Assembly: GCA_049297675.1 (NCBI GenBank)
Contig: JBAQUS010000015.1
Span: forward strand, 1,414-65,413
Reading direction: 5' to 3'
From: Minisyncoccia bacterium
Lineage (GTDB): Bacteria > Patescibacteriota > Minisyncoccia > Phycocordibacterales > DATDWN01
DNA length: 64,000 bases
In this document: piece after piece, positions 56,177 through 64,000 of the stretch
Position numbering within the stretch: position 1 is the first letter of the stretch
How the letters are laid out: every line of letters starts with the position of its first letter
The notes under the pieces: model-generated
Seen by the model: the letters and a program-made list of their open reading frames with translations, nothing else
Databases searched by the model: none
What the model was told of the DNA's origin: nothing
Translations under genes and position numbers: made by a program

Positions 56177-57574
56177 ATGAAAAAAAATATTATACAAGAT
56201 GTGCTTCCACCAAAGAGAACTATTAGAAATGTGGAGTTACATGGACGAAGTAAGGATCATAACACTGAGTTAGGTGACGAGTTTGCAAGTAAGGTTAATA
56301 TTAACAGATCAAATAGTAAGCTGAAGCCTGAAGAAGAGACTCCAATTAAAATAGAGACAAGTGTTCCCAAAGAGAAAAATATTGGCCAGCCTGTTGTGTA
56401 TGACTATGACTACGAGACTCCAAATAAAAGAATAAGGTGGGGATTGTACTTTTCTGTTGGTTTCCTAGTTCTTGCTCTGGCTTTTGCTATCTCAGCATTT
56501 TTTAGAAGTGCACAGGTGAAGATTACTCCGCAAGAAACCACAAAATCTCTCAGTGAGACTTTTACCGCAAAGAAAGATGTCTTGCCAAACAATTTATCTT
56601 TCCAAGTAGTTTCTATTTCTAAGGAAACAGAGAAAATAGTCGATCAAACCGATACTGTTGGAGAGGAAAAAGTTGAGAGGAAAGCTGGTGGCAAAATTGT
56701 TATCTACAACAACTATAGTGCTGAGACTCAAAAACTTGTAGCAACCACAAGATTTCAAACTCCTGAAGGTCTTATTTTTAGAATTAAGGATCCAGTTGTT
56801 GTTCCAGGCAGGACAACTAAGGACGGTAAAATTGTCCCAGGAAGTATAGAGGCATATGTTGAGGCGGATAAGTCAGGTCCATCTTATAACACTGGACTCA
56901 AGGATTTTACAATTCCGGGTTTTAAAGGTGATCCTAGATTTAAGGATGTCTATGCCAGATCTAAAACTGAGATGATCGGTGGTTTCTCTGGAATGCAAAG
57001 GACAGTTTCCAAGGAGGTTCTTACACGAGTTGAGGATGAGATGAAGTCACTTCTTATGGAATCAGCAAAAGTTGATCTAGTTAATCAAATTCCCGCTGAT
57101 TTTATACTTTTTCCAAACACCATTTCTTATAAGTTTGATCCAGCAGTTCAGTCTATTTTATCTTCTGGTCAAGTTGTTATTAAAAAGAAGGGCACTGCCA
57201 GTGCAGTTATTTTTGACAGGGCTAATTTGACCAAAATTATACAAGCTAGAATTCTGCCAGAGTCAGGAACTGACATTGTTAGGATATCGAATATGGATAA
57301 GTTCGAGTTTTCTTATCTCGCCACCACCACTCCAATATCAAGTTCAATCTCATCCATTACTTTTAGTCTTAATGGTGAACCGAATTTCGTCTGGACCTTT
57401 GATGAAAGTAAGCTGAAATCTGATCTGCTTGGACTATCAAAGAAGAGTGCAAAAGCAGTTATATCTACTTATCCTTCAATAAAAGAGGCATGGATTTTGA
57501 CCAGACCATTCTGGAATCAAAAAATACCTAAAAGTCTTGATGATGTTAGTTTAGTAAATACATCAATAAACTAA
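56177..57574 (+). CDS. membrane-anchored hypothetical protein
   Basis: 465 aa with a single TM segment near residue 95. Confidence 0.45.
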   Translation: MKKNIIQDVLPPKRTIRNVELHGRSKDHNTELGDEFASKVNINRSNSKLKPEEETPIKIETSVPKEKNIGQPVVYDYDYETPNKRIRWGLYFSVGFLVLALAFAISAFFRSAQVKITPQETTKSLSETFTAKKDVLPNNLSFQVVSISKETEKIVDQTDTVGEEKVERKAGGKIVIYNNYSAETQKLVATTRFQTPEGLIFRIKDPVVVPGRTTKDGKIVPGSIEAYVEADKSGPSYNTGLKDFTIPGFKGDPRFKDVYARSKTEMIGGFSGMQRTVSKEVLTRVEDEMKSLLMESAKVDLVNQIPADFILFPNTISYKFDPAVQSILSSGQVVIKKKGTASAVIFDRANLTKIIQARILPESGTDIVRISNMDKFEFSYLATTTPISSSISSITFSLNGEPNFVWTFDESKLKSDLLGLSKKSAKAVISTYPSIKEAWILTRPFWNQKIPKSLDDVSLVNTSIN

Positions 57575-57631
57575 CATTGCATGAGTTCGTTGACTGACAC
57601 GTGAACTTTTGCTAATATTTAAGCCTCAATA

Positions 57632-57853
57632 ATGCAAGATAAAAGAACAAAGAATGAGACCATAACCGCACAAGTGGTTGAATCTTTACCAAACACTTTT
57701 TTTAAAGTCATCAGAGAAGACAATGGTGAGGAAATTTTGACATATTTATCGGGTAAAATGAGACTAAACAGAATTAGGGTACTGATTGGAGATAGAGTTA
57801 TTGTCGAGCTTGATCCCTATGGTGGAAAGGGTAGGGTAGTAAAGAGAGTATAG
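57632..57853 (+). CDS. infA: translation initiation factor IF-1
   Basis: S1-like fold. '[33 protein letters not shown]'. Confidence 0.9.
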   Translation: MQDKRTKNETITAQVVESLPNTFFKVIREDNGEEILTYLSGKMRLNRIRVLIGDRVIVELDPYGGKGRVVKRV

Positions 57854-57915
57854 TAAGGGTTAAAATTAACAGGTAACTTGCGTTTTTTTGAATAAAATGC
57901 TATAAAAGCATGTGC

Positions 57916-58032
57916 ACTAGGGCTTTTTAATGGGATGAAAGTAAAGGCTTCAGTCAAAAAAATATGTTCACAATGTCAAGTAGTCCGAAGAAAGGGCTAT
58001 GTTTATGTTATTTGTAAGGCAAATGTGAGACA
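57916..58032 (+). CDS. rpmJ: 50S ribosomal protein L36
   Basis: Manual translation: [38 protein letters not shown]. Missed by the ORF track because it is under 60 aa. Confidence 0.85.
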
Positions 58033-58072
58033 TAAGCAGAGGCAAGGATAAAAAAGAACTCTATAACTATAT

Positions 58073-58450
58073 ATGAGAATTTTAGGAATAACATTACCGG
58101 ATAACAAGAGAATTGAAATAGGTCTGACAGTCCTTTATGGTATTGGTAGACCTCGAGCTCACACAATACTGGATAAGGCTGGAGTTTCATATGGATTGAA
58201 ACCTAAGGACGTGACTATTGACCAGGAGAACGCAATTAGAAAAGTAATTGATGGTATTAAAATTGAAGGAGACTTAAAAAGAGAAGTTACAGGAAACATA
58301 AAAAGACTAAAAGACATTAAATCCTACAGAGGTTCTAGACACACTAGGAATTTACCAGCTAGGGGACAGAGAACTAAAACTAATGCTAGAACCAAAAGGG
58401 GTGCTAAGAAAACTATGGGTACTGGGAGGAAGTTAGCAGATAAGAAGTAG
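58073..58450 (+). CDS. rpsM: 30S ribosomal protein S13
   Basis: '[29 protein letters not shown]'. Confidence 0.9.
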   Translation: MRILGITLPDNKRIEIGLTVLYGIGRPRAHTILDKAGVSYGLKPKDVTIDQENAIRKVIDGIKIEGDLKREVTGNIKRLKDIKSYRGSRHTRNLPARGQRTKTNARTKRGAKKTMGTGRKLADKK

Positions 58451-58469
58451 GAATAAGTTATAAAGTAAA

Positions 58470-58898
58470 ATGGGAAAAAAAAGAATAGTTACAACTGAGG
58501 GCGAAGATTCACAGAAAAAGGCTGTGGTAGCTTCAAGTGTTTCAAAAAAGAAAGTTGAAGTTGGAATCCTTTTTATACAATCTACATACAACAACACTAA
58601 ACTAGTTTTAACAGACAGCAAAGGTGCGGTTTTGGGGACATCCTCGAGTGGAGCAATAGGCTTTAAGGGTGCAAAAAAGGGAACTCCATTTGCAGCTGCT
58701 AAAGTTGGTGAGATTTTAGGAGCAAAAGCCACTGCAATAGGTATGAAGGAGGTCTCGGTTGTAGTTAGGGGTGTTGGATCTGGTCGGGAGAGTTCTATTA
58801 GAGGTTTCATATCCAAAGGAATAAATATTATTTCTATCAAAGATGTCACCCCAGTGCCATTTAATGGTCCCAAACCGAAGAAACCAAGGAGAGTCTAA
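58470..58898 (+). CDS. rpsK: 30S ribosomal protein S11
   Basis: 'VEVGILFIQSTYNNTKLVLTDSKGAVLGTSSSG...KGAKKGTPFAA'. Confidence 0.9.
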   Translation: MGKKRIVTTEGEDSQKKAVVASSVSKKKVEVGILFIQSTYNNTKLVLTDSKGAVLGTSSSGAIGFKGAKKGTPFAAAKVGEILGAKATAIGMKEVSVVVRGVGSGRESSIRGFISKGINIISIKDVTPVPFNGPKPKKPRRV

Positions 58899-58918
58899 GA
58901 AGTTATAAAGTTAATAAA

Positions 58919-59530
58919 ATGAAAATTGGACCAAAATACAAAATTGCAAGGAGGCTAGGTGCCCCAATATTTGAGAAAACTCAGACTCAGAAGTATGCTA
59001 TAAGTGCTGAGAAAAAATCCAAAAGTAAAGGATTTTCAAGGGGTCGAACTGAGTATGGAAATCAGTTGAATGAAAAACAGAAGGCGAGATTCACATACAA
59101 TATGTCAGAGCGACAGTTTTCTAACTATATAAAGGAGGCTATTTCTAAGAAAAGTGTCAATGTTTCTCAGACTATTTTTGAGTTTCTTGAGTTAAGACTC
59201 GACAATGTAGTTTATAGGTTGGGACTTTCACAGACAAGAAGTGGTGCAAAGCAAATGGTATCTCACGGACATATAAAAGTTAATAACAGAAAAGTCAGTA
59301 TTCCGTCAATGCGAGTTAGGGTTGGAGATAAAATTGAAATAAATGATAGGTCAAAAGATAAACCATTATTTAAAAATTTTGATGAAAGGTTTAGTAGTGT
59401 CACCGTTCCAGTTTGGCTTAAGTTTGAAGTTGATAAAAAAATTGGGGTAGTTATGGGATTACCGCATTATTTAAAGACAGAAAACATGTTTGATTTGAAC
59501 ACGGTTGTCGAATTGTACAGCAGATCGTAA
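58919..59530 (+). CDS. rpsD: 30S ribosomal protein S4
   Basis: 'LELRLDNVVYRLGLSQTRSGAKQMVSHGHIKVN'. Confidence 0.9.
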   Translation: MKIGPKYKIARRLGAPIFEKTQTQKYAISAEKKSKSKGFSRGRTEYGNQLNEKQKARFTYNMSERQFSNYIKEAISKKSVNVSQTIFEFLELRLDNVVYRLGLSQTRSGAKQMVSHGHIKVNNRKVSIPSMRVRVGDKIEINDRSKDKPLFKNFDERFSSVTVPVWLKFEVDKKIGVVMGLPHYLKTENMFDLNTVVELYSRS

Positions 59531-59596
59531 TTAATATTTATTGCAATTAAGCAATAAATAGTGTATAATTTATCAGTTAATTTTAACAAAAAAATA

Positions 59597-60553
59597 ATGT
59601 CAGATTTCACAATAGTTTTGCCATCAAAACCTAAAATAGTCTCAGAGTCGGGTTTTACTGGATCATACGAAATTGACGGTTTATATCCTGGTTATGGACA
59701 CACACTCGGAAACTCTTTGAGGAGGATAATATTATCGTCTCTTCCTGGATCTGCTATTACAGCTGTTAAAATAACTGGAGCCTCACACGAGTTTTCAGTA
59801 CTTCCTGGGGTCAAAGAAGATGTAATAACTATTCTGCTTAACTTAAAGCGTGTTAGGTTTGGAATGGTTTCTGATGAGCCTCAAACTGCCACACTAAAGT
59901 TAAAAGGTTCAAAAGAGGTTAGGGCAGAAGATATAAAAGTTTCAGGTGGAGTGTCGATTCTGAATCCTGAACAACCAATTGCAACTATGACAGATAAGAA
60001 TGCAGAGTTGGACATGGAGATCAAAATTGAAAAAGGACTCGGCTTTGTATCAAAAGAAAATCTGGAAAAAAATAGAGTTGATATTGGGCAAATCACACTT
60101 GATGCTATTTTTACTCCAATCCGAAGAGTCAGTTATGAAGTTGAAAACATGAGAATAGGTGACAGAACAGATTTTAATAGACTTAAGGTTTTTATTGAAA
60201 CTGATGGAACAATTACACCAAAGGAGGCTTTAGAGAAATCAATAGAGACTATGATTAGTCAGCTTAAGGCTATAGTTGGTTTCAAGGAGGAGGAAATTAT
60301 GCTTCCACAGGCCTTGATTCAGGACGAGTCAGTCCAAAAGTCGGGACCAGATGATGATTCATTAAAAACTAGAATTGAAACGCTTGATCTCTCTGCAAGA
60401 ACACTTAATGCCCTTTCAAACGCAAATATTAGAACTCTCGGGGGCCTTGCAAGAAAAAAGGAGAAGGACATTCTTGAAATTGAGGGTCTGGGAACAAAGG
60501 GACTCTCAGAAATAAAGGATGTATTGGCTACGTTTGGGATAAATTTAAGGTAA
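59597..60553 (+). CDS. rpoA: DNA-directed RNA polymerase alpha subunit
   Basis: '[24 protein letters not shown]' and the C-terminal CTD '[20 protein letters not shown]'. I use the Met at 59597; the track ORF starts 12 codons upstream. Confidence 0.85.
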   Translation: [318 protein letters not shown]

Positions 60554-60554
60554 A

Positions 60555-60902
60555 ATGAGACATCATAATTCAAAAAGAAAGTTTGGGCGAGTAAGAAAAG
60601 TAAGAAGTGGACTGATGAAGTCATTAGCTTTATCTTTGGTAAAGGAAGGAAAGATCAGAACAACAGACGCTAAGGCTCGTGAACTCAGGCCATTTGTGGA
60701 GAAAATGATTACAAAAGGCAAATTAGCCACTTTGGCTAGCAGGAGAAATCTAATTTCAGAAATTGGGATAGTTGGCGCCGAGAAAATAGTAAAGGAAATT
60801 TCTCCTAAGTATGAAAAAAGAGCTGGAGGCTATACTAGAATAACAAAGTTGCCTGAAAGGCTTTCAGATGGTAGTCTTATGGCCGTAATTGAGTTCGTTT
60901 AA
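60555..60902 (+). CDS. rplQ: 50S ribosomal protein L17
   Basis: 'MRHHNSKRKFGRVRKVRSGLMKSLA'. Confidence 0.9.
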   Translation: MRHHNSKRKFGRVRKVRSGLMKSLALSLVKEGKIRTTDAKARELRPFVEKMITKGKLATLASRRNLISEIGIVGAEKIVKEISPKYEKRAGGYTRITKLPERLSDGSLMAVIEFV

Positions 60903-60912
60903 CTTTCACTCT

Positions 60913-61260
60913 ATGAATAAATATATTATAGATGCGGAGAATAAGAGTATGGGGAGAGTCGCAACTGAGGCTGCAGTTTTTCTTATGGGCAAAGGTTTAA
61001 AAGATTTTAAGAAAAACACTGTCTCGGATGTAGAGGTTCTTGTAAAAAACGCTTCAAAAGCCAAAATTGATGAAAAAAAGAGGCTGTCAAAGACTTATTC
61101 AGTATATTCTGGATATCCTGGTGGATTGAGGCAACCTTCCATGGACGATGTAATATCTAAAAAGGGTTATGCTGAAGTTTTTAGACAAGCTGTATCAGGC
61201 ATGCTTCCAAAGAACAAACTTAGAGTCAAAATGCTAAAAAGACTGATTGTTAAAGAGTAA
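60913..61260 (+). CDS. rplM: 50S ribosomal protein L13
   Basis: 'IIDAENKSMGRVATEAAVFLMGK'. Start taken at an internal Met consistent with the L13 N-terminus. Confidence 0.8.
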   Translation: MNKYIIDAENKSMGRVATEAAVFLMGKGLKDFKKNTVSDVEVLVKNASKAKIDEKKRLSKTYSVYSGYPGGLRQPSMDDVISKKGYAEVFRQAVSGMLPKNKLRVKMLKRLIVKE

Positions 61261-61271
61261 AGTTATAGAAC

Positions 61272-61709
61272 ATGGAAAAAACAACTACGAAAAAAGATGT
61301 TGGAGTAAAAAACAAAGTCATGACTGATAGATATACTGAGGCTGTTGGTAGGAGAAAGACTGCAATTGCCAGGGTTAGAATTACTCCGGCCAGCAAAGTT
61401 TCTGTTTTAATTAACGAAAAAGAACTCGAAAAGTATTTTCCAGTAATGGAAATGCAAGACACAGTACTCGAACCCTTCTCTGAGTCCCCAGAGAAGTTTA
61501 GTGTTACTGTAAAAGTATCTGGTGGTGGAGCTCATTCACAATCTGAGGCTATTAGACACGGTATTGCTAGAGCTATAGTAGAGAAAGACTCAAATCTAAG
61601 GCGTGCTATAAAAAAAGCTGGTTATCTCAAACGAGATCCTCGTGCAAAAGAGAGAAGAAAGTTCGGTCTAAAGAAAGCAAGGAAGGCTCCAAAATGGAGC
61701 AAGAGGTAA
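61272..61709 (+). CDS. rpsI: 30S ribosomal protein S9
   Basis: 'GRRKTAIARVRI...GGGAHSQSEAIRHGIARA...KRDPRAKERRKFGLKKARKAPKWSKR'. The start may instead be the Met at 61320. Confidence 0.85.
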   Translation: MEKTTTKKDVGVKNKVMTDRYTEAVGRRKTAIARVRITPASKVSVLINEKELEKYFPVMEMQDTVLEPFSESPEKFSVTVKVSGGGAHSQSEAIRHGIARAIVEKDSNLRRAIKKAGYLKRDPRAKERRKFGLKKARKAPKWSKR

Positions 61710-61815
61710 AACACTTTTTTCGGTTTTATTACTCAATGTAGTTAACTCACTGTAAATTACAAAACTCTTATTCAACACATATTTTCTGTCACCAGAATAA
61801 TTTTCTGAGCCCATT

Positions 61816-61863
61816 TAAAACTACACACGATCTTTGCGATCGCAAAGATCGTGTGTAGTTTTA
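61816..61863. repeat. 48-bp perfect palindrome aaaactacacacgatctttgcga|tcgcaaagatcgtgtgtagtttt
   Basis: Same 20-bp core (atctttgcgatcgcaaagat) as 48417-48464, with different arms. Confidence 0.8.
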
Positions 61864-61966
61864 TGCGAGATATCTGGCTACTTATATAAGATAACTGTCA
61901 GTAAAATTAATAAAAAAACCACCATCGTATTGACTGGCGGGATCTTCCCGCCGTCACGATGACGGA

Positions 61967-62149
61967 TTATCTCTCAGGATGGATCAGTTTTCTTGTACGG
62001 ACATATACCTCAAGAAGCCGTCCATTACTAACTGACTGTACCAATCCACGAATTATTGAGAGTGCGGTATCATCAGATGAGTTAATGATAATACCCACTT
62101 CCACATTCCTGTCTCCAGGATGGTCCCAGACGTAAATGTATGTGTTCAC
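61967..62149 (-). CDS. hypothetical small protein
   Basis: GTG start with GGAGGT 5 nt upstream. 60 aa. Locally GC-rich. Confidence 0.4.
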   Translation of the reverse strand: MNTYIYVWDHPGDRNVEVGIIINSSDDTALSIIRGLVQSVSNGRLLEVYVRTRKLIHPER

Positions 62150-62230
62150 TTGCCACCTCCATTTTTAGGATAGCAGTTAAAATTGACTTTGTCAATTATA
62201 CAATGAAACATGTTTTGATATAATGCAAAT

Positions 62231-62818
62231 ATGCAAAATGATGACAATAAAACTGATTTGGAGGAAGAAGTGGATACTGACCCGGGAGATGATGTAGTGT
62301 ATGAGGAAAACTCGGAGGTCACTTCAGTTGACTGGGCACAAAAGGTTGCCAAACTCAAAGCCAGAGTAAAAGAGCTGGAGAAGAAAAACTCTGAGCTTCT
62401 TGATTCGTGGCAGAGGGACAAGGCAGATTTTATAAATGCTAGAAAGTCTGATGAGAACTCGAAGTCAGAATTTCTGAAATTCGCTAAGGTAGATATTATA
62501 TCTGAAATTATCCCAGCACTTGATTCCTTTGATAATGCAATGAAAAATAAGGAAGCTTGGGAAAAAGTTGATAAAAATTGGCGGACAGGTATCGAGTACA
62601 TTCGCACCCAGCTTTTAAGTAGCCTTACAAGTCATGGTCTTAAAGTAATAAACCCAATAGGGGAAGTGTATGACCATGCAAGAGACGAAGCTATTGAGCA
62701 AGTGAAGGTTTATGAAAAGGAGAAAGATAATATTGTACTCGAAGTTTTGCAAGTCGGTTACGAGCTGAACAACAAAGAAATTCGAGCCCCAAAAGTCAAA
62801 GTTGGACATTTTACATAA
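62231..62818 (+). CDS. grpE: nucleotide exchange factor GrpE
   Basis: Coiled-coil N-terminus. 'EVYDHARDEAI...VLQVGYELNNKEIRAPKVKVG' is the GrpE C-terminal motif. Confidence 0.8.
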   Translation: MQNDDNKTDLEEEVDTDPGDDVVYEENSEVTSVDWAQKVAKLKARVKELEKKNSELLDSWQRDKADFINARKSDENSKSEFLKFAKVDIISEIIPALDSFDNAMKNKEAWEKVDKNWRTGIEYIRTQLLSSLTSHGLKVINPIGEVYDHARDEAIEQVKVYEKEKDNIVLEVLQVGYELNNKEIRAPKVKVGHFT

Positions 62819-62836
62819 GTCCTTGCTGTGTCTAAT

Positions 62837-62861
62837 CTTGTGGAAGACCGTCTTCCACAAG
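62837..62861 (+). other. perfect 11-bp hairpin cttgtggaaga-ccg-tcttccacaag after grpE (no T-run)
   Basis: Seen in the sequence. Confidence 0.4.
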
Positions 62862-63074
62862 TGGCTTAAAATATAGTTATTTGGCTAGTGTTAACGTATA
62901 GACATATTTAAAATTAGGAGTAAAATGCAGTAAGTATTTAAAAATATTGAAGTATTGAAGTAATGTCAAAAGTAATAGAAAAAATAATAACGAGAGTTCA
63001 GGAGGAATCAGACAAGCGCTTAGAAAAAATGTTGAAACGCCATATTAACGCCCTATTATTGAAAATAAGAAAAA

Positions 63075-63395
63075 TTGCTTAGTATGAAAATAGTTCAATC
63101 CAATAATCAATATTTCGATAAAATACTTCGAGACAAGGAAGGTAAACTTGTCCGTGCAACATTTTGTGTGTATGAAAGTAGTGGAAGAATAAAAGCCCGT
63201 CTGATTAGCCTTTCCTACCTTGAAGAAAAGGCTATTACAGGGAAAATTTCTGGTCTAGTCTCCCTTATGTCAAGGGTACCCCTTGACACTAAACTTGGAC
63301 ATCCAATGTCCAAGTTGCGGGTTGCTTCACCATATTTCAATAAACTAACTTTGTATTTTAACGCCTCTAAACCCCGCGCACCCACAGCCCACTAA
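63075..63395 (+). CDS. hypothetical protein
   Basis: 106-aa ORF. Confidence 0.35.
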   Translation: MLSMKIVQSNNQYFDKILRDKEGKLVRATFCVYESSGRIKARLISLSYLEEKAITGKISGLVSLMSRVPLDTKLGHPMSKLRVASPYFNKLTLYFNASKPRAPTAH

Positions 63396-63460
63396 TATGG
63401 GTTCACCACGAATCTTACGAATTTATGAAAGTCGGACCTTCATAAATCAAGAGAAAAGCG

Positions 63461-63497
63461 AAACCCCGTAGGTGAGCAGAAGCTCCCCACGGGGTCA
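63461..63497 (-). terminator. terminator for the minus-strand small gene (compound hairpin followed by a T-rich tract on the minus strand)
   Basis: ccccgt...acgggg with an inner gagc-agaa-gctc hairpin. The minus strand continues tttcgcttttctc. Confidence 0.5.
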
Positions 63498-63527
63498 GAA
63501 AAACATCAGTTGTGACTCTTGACGGTT

Positions 63528-63716
63528 TCAGGTCGTAGGTCTCTGAGTGACAATTTTCCTGAAACCCTCTGTCAGACGCTTTGGCTTTGCCAACCTTTCC
63601 GCCTCAAGTTTGAGCTCAGGAAACACCCTGATCACTACCTCGAGACCTTCAAGATCCAGATGATTCTGGATGGCCGACCAGAGAAAGTACATACGTGGCT
63701 CAACCTGTTCAGACAT
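63528..63716 (-). CDS. hypothetical small protein in a GC-rich islet
   Basis: GAGGGGG sits 6 nt upstream of the ATG (MSEQVEPRMYF...). 62 aa. A terminator lies downstream. Confidence 0.45.
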   Translation of the reverse strand: MSEQVEPRMYFLWSAIQNHLDLEGLEVVIRVFPELKLEAERLAKPKRLTEGFRKIVTQRPTT

Positions 63717-64000
63717 GTAAAACCCCCTCAATAACTATATAGATTATTAATGAGTTTGTCAAATTATCAATTACTATCTTACTTTATACTTTACGAACTT
63801 TATAAACTTTATAACTTACTAACTTAACATTAAGAATCGGTTTCAAATTTGAGTGAAATCCGAGGCATCGAAGAAAAAGGCGAGGAAATGTATCGAGTAT
63901 ACATTGACGAGCATTTTTCAAAGATAACGAAGGAGTTCACCAAATTTGGGACCGCTGTAACATTAACTACAAACATATGTCAAAAATTATAGGAATAGAT

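Noticed and set aside
63519-63734. 71-aa + ORF (TTG start) overlapping the minus-strand small gene
   Set aside because: The minus-strand frame has a canonical SD+ATG and a downstream terminator. The + ORF has neither.
1-64000. CRISPR arrays and rRNA genes
   Set aside because: I scanned all intergenic regions for regularly spaced direct repeats and found none. The tandem repeats I did find are 7-9-bp AT-rich promoter-proximal arrays, not CRISPR. No 16S, 23S or 5S-like GC-rich conserved segments were seen.

Overview
The window reads as a low-GC (~38-40%) Patescibacteria/CPR-like chromosomal fragment; I am inferring that from gene content and composition, not from a search. Housekeeping content is dense: a tRNA-Ala(GGC), dinB, two mltG paralogs, ychF, leuS, mnmA, a family-4 UDG, a short alaS, the cluster infA-rpmJ-rpsM-rpsK-rpsD-rpoA-rplQ followed by rplM-rpsI, and grpE. 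Accessory content: (i) a RAYT (REP-associated tyrosine transposase) gene flanked by inverted REP-like hairpins right next to the tRNA; (ii) three very large secreted or surface proteins (a pseudo-transglutaminase + SLT fusion, an 1809-aa repeat protein, and a DKNYY-repeat protein); (iii) a ~14-kb block at 22.4-36.3 kb with a beta-class DNA methyltransferase, a ParB/Srx-fold protein, an SNF2-family ATPase, a DUF3883-like PD-(D/E)xK protein and a Cas4-like Fe-S nuclease, followed by a Prim-Pol/P4-type primase and a large serine recombinase whose 3' end overlaps the start of ychF. That block looks like an integrated element carrying a candidate defense or anti-restriction module. Several non-coding signals are also reported: a perfect Cheo-type LexA box upstream of dinB, two independent 48-bp perfect palindromes that share an identical 20-bp GCGATCGC-centred core, a recurring 'ttggcaacttagttgccaa' palindrome, an AAGTTATAAAGT motif sitting just upstream of several start codons, and GC-rich islets that carry small ORFs with strong Shine-Dalgarno sequences. 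No CRISPR array and no rRNA were seen.
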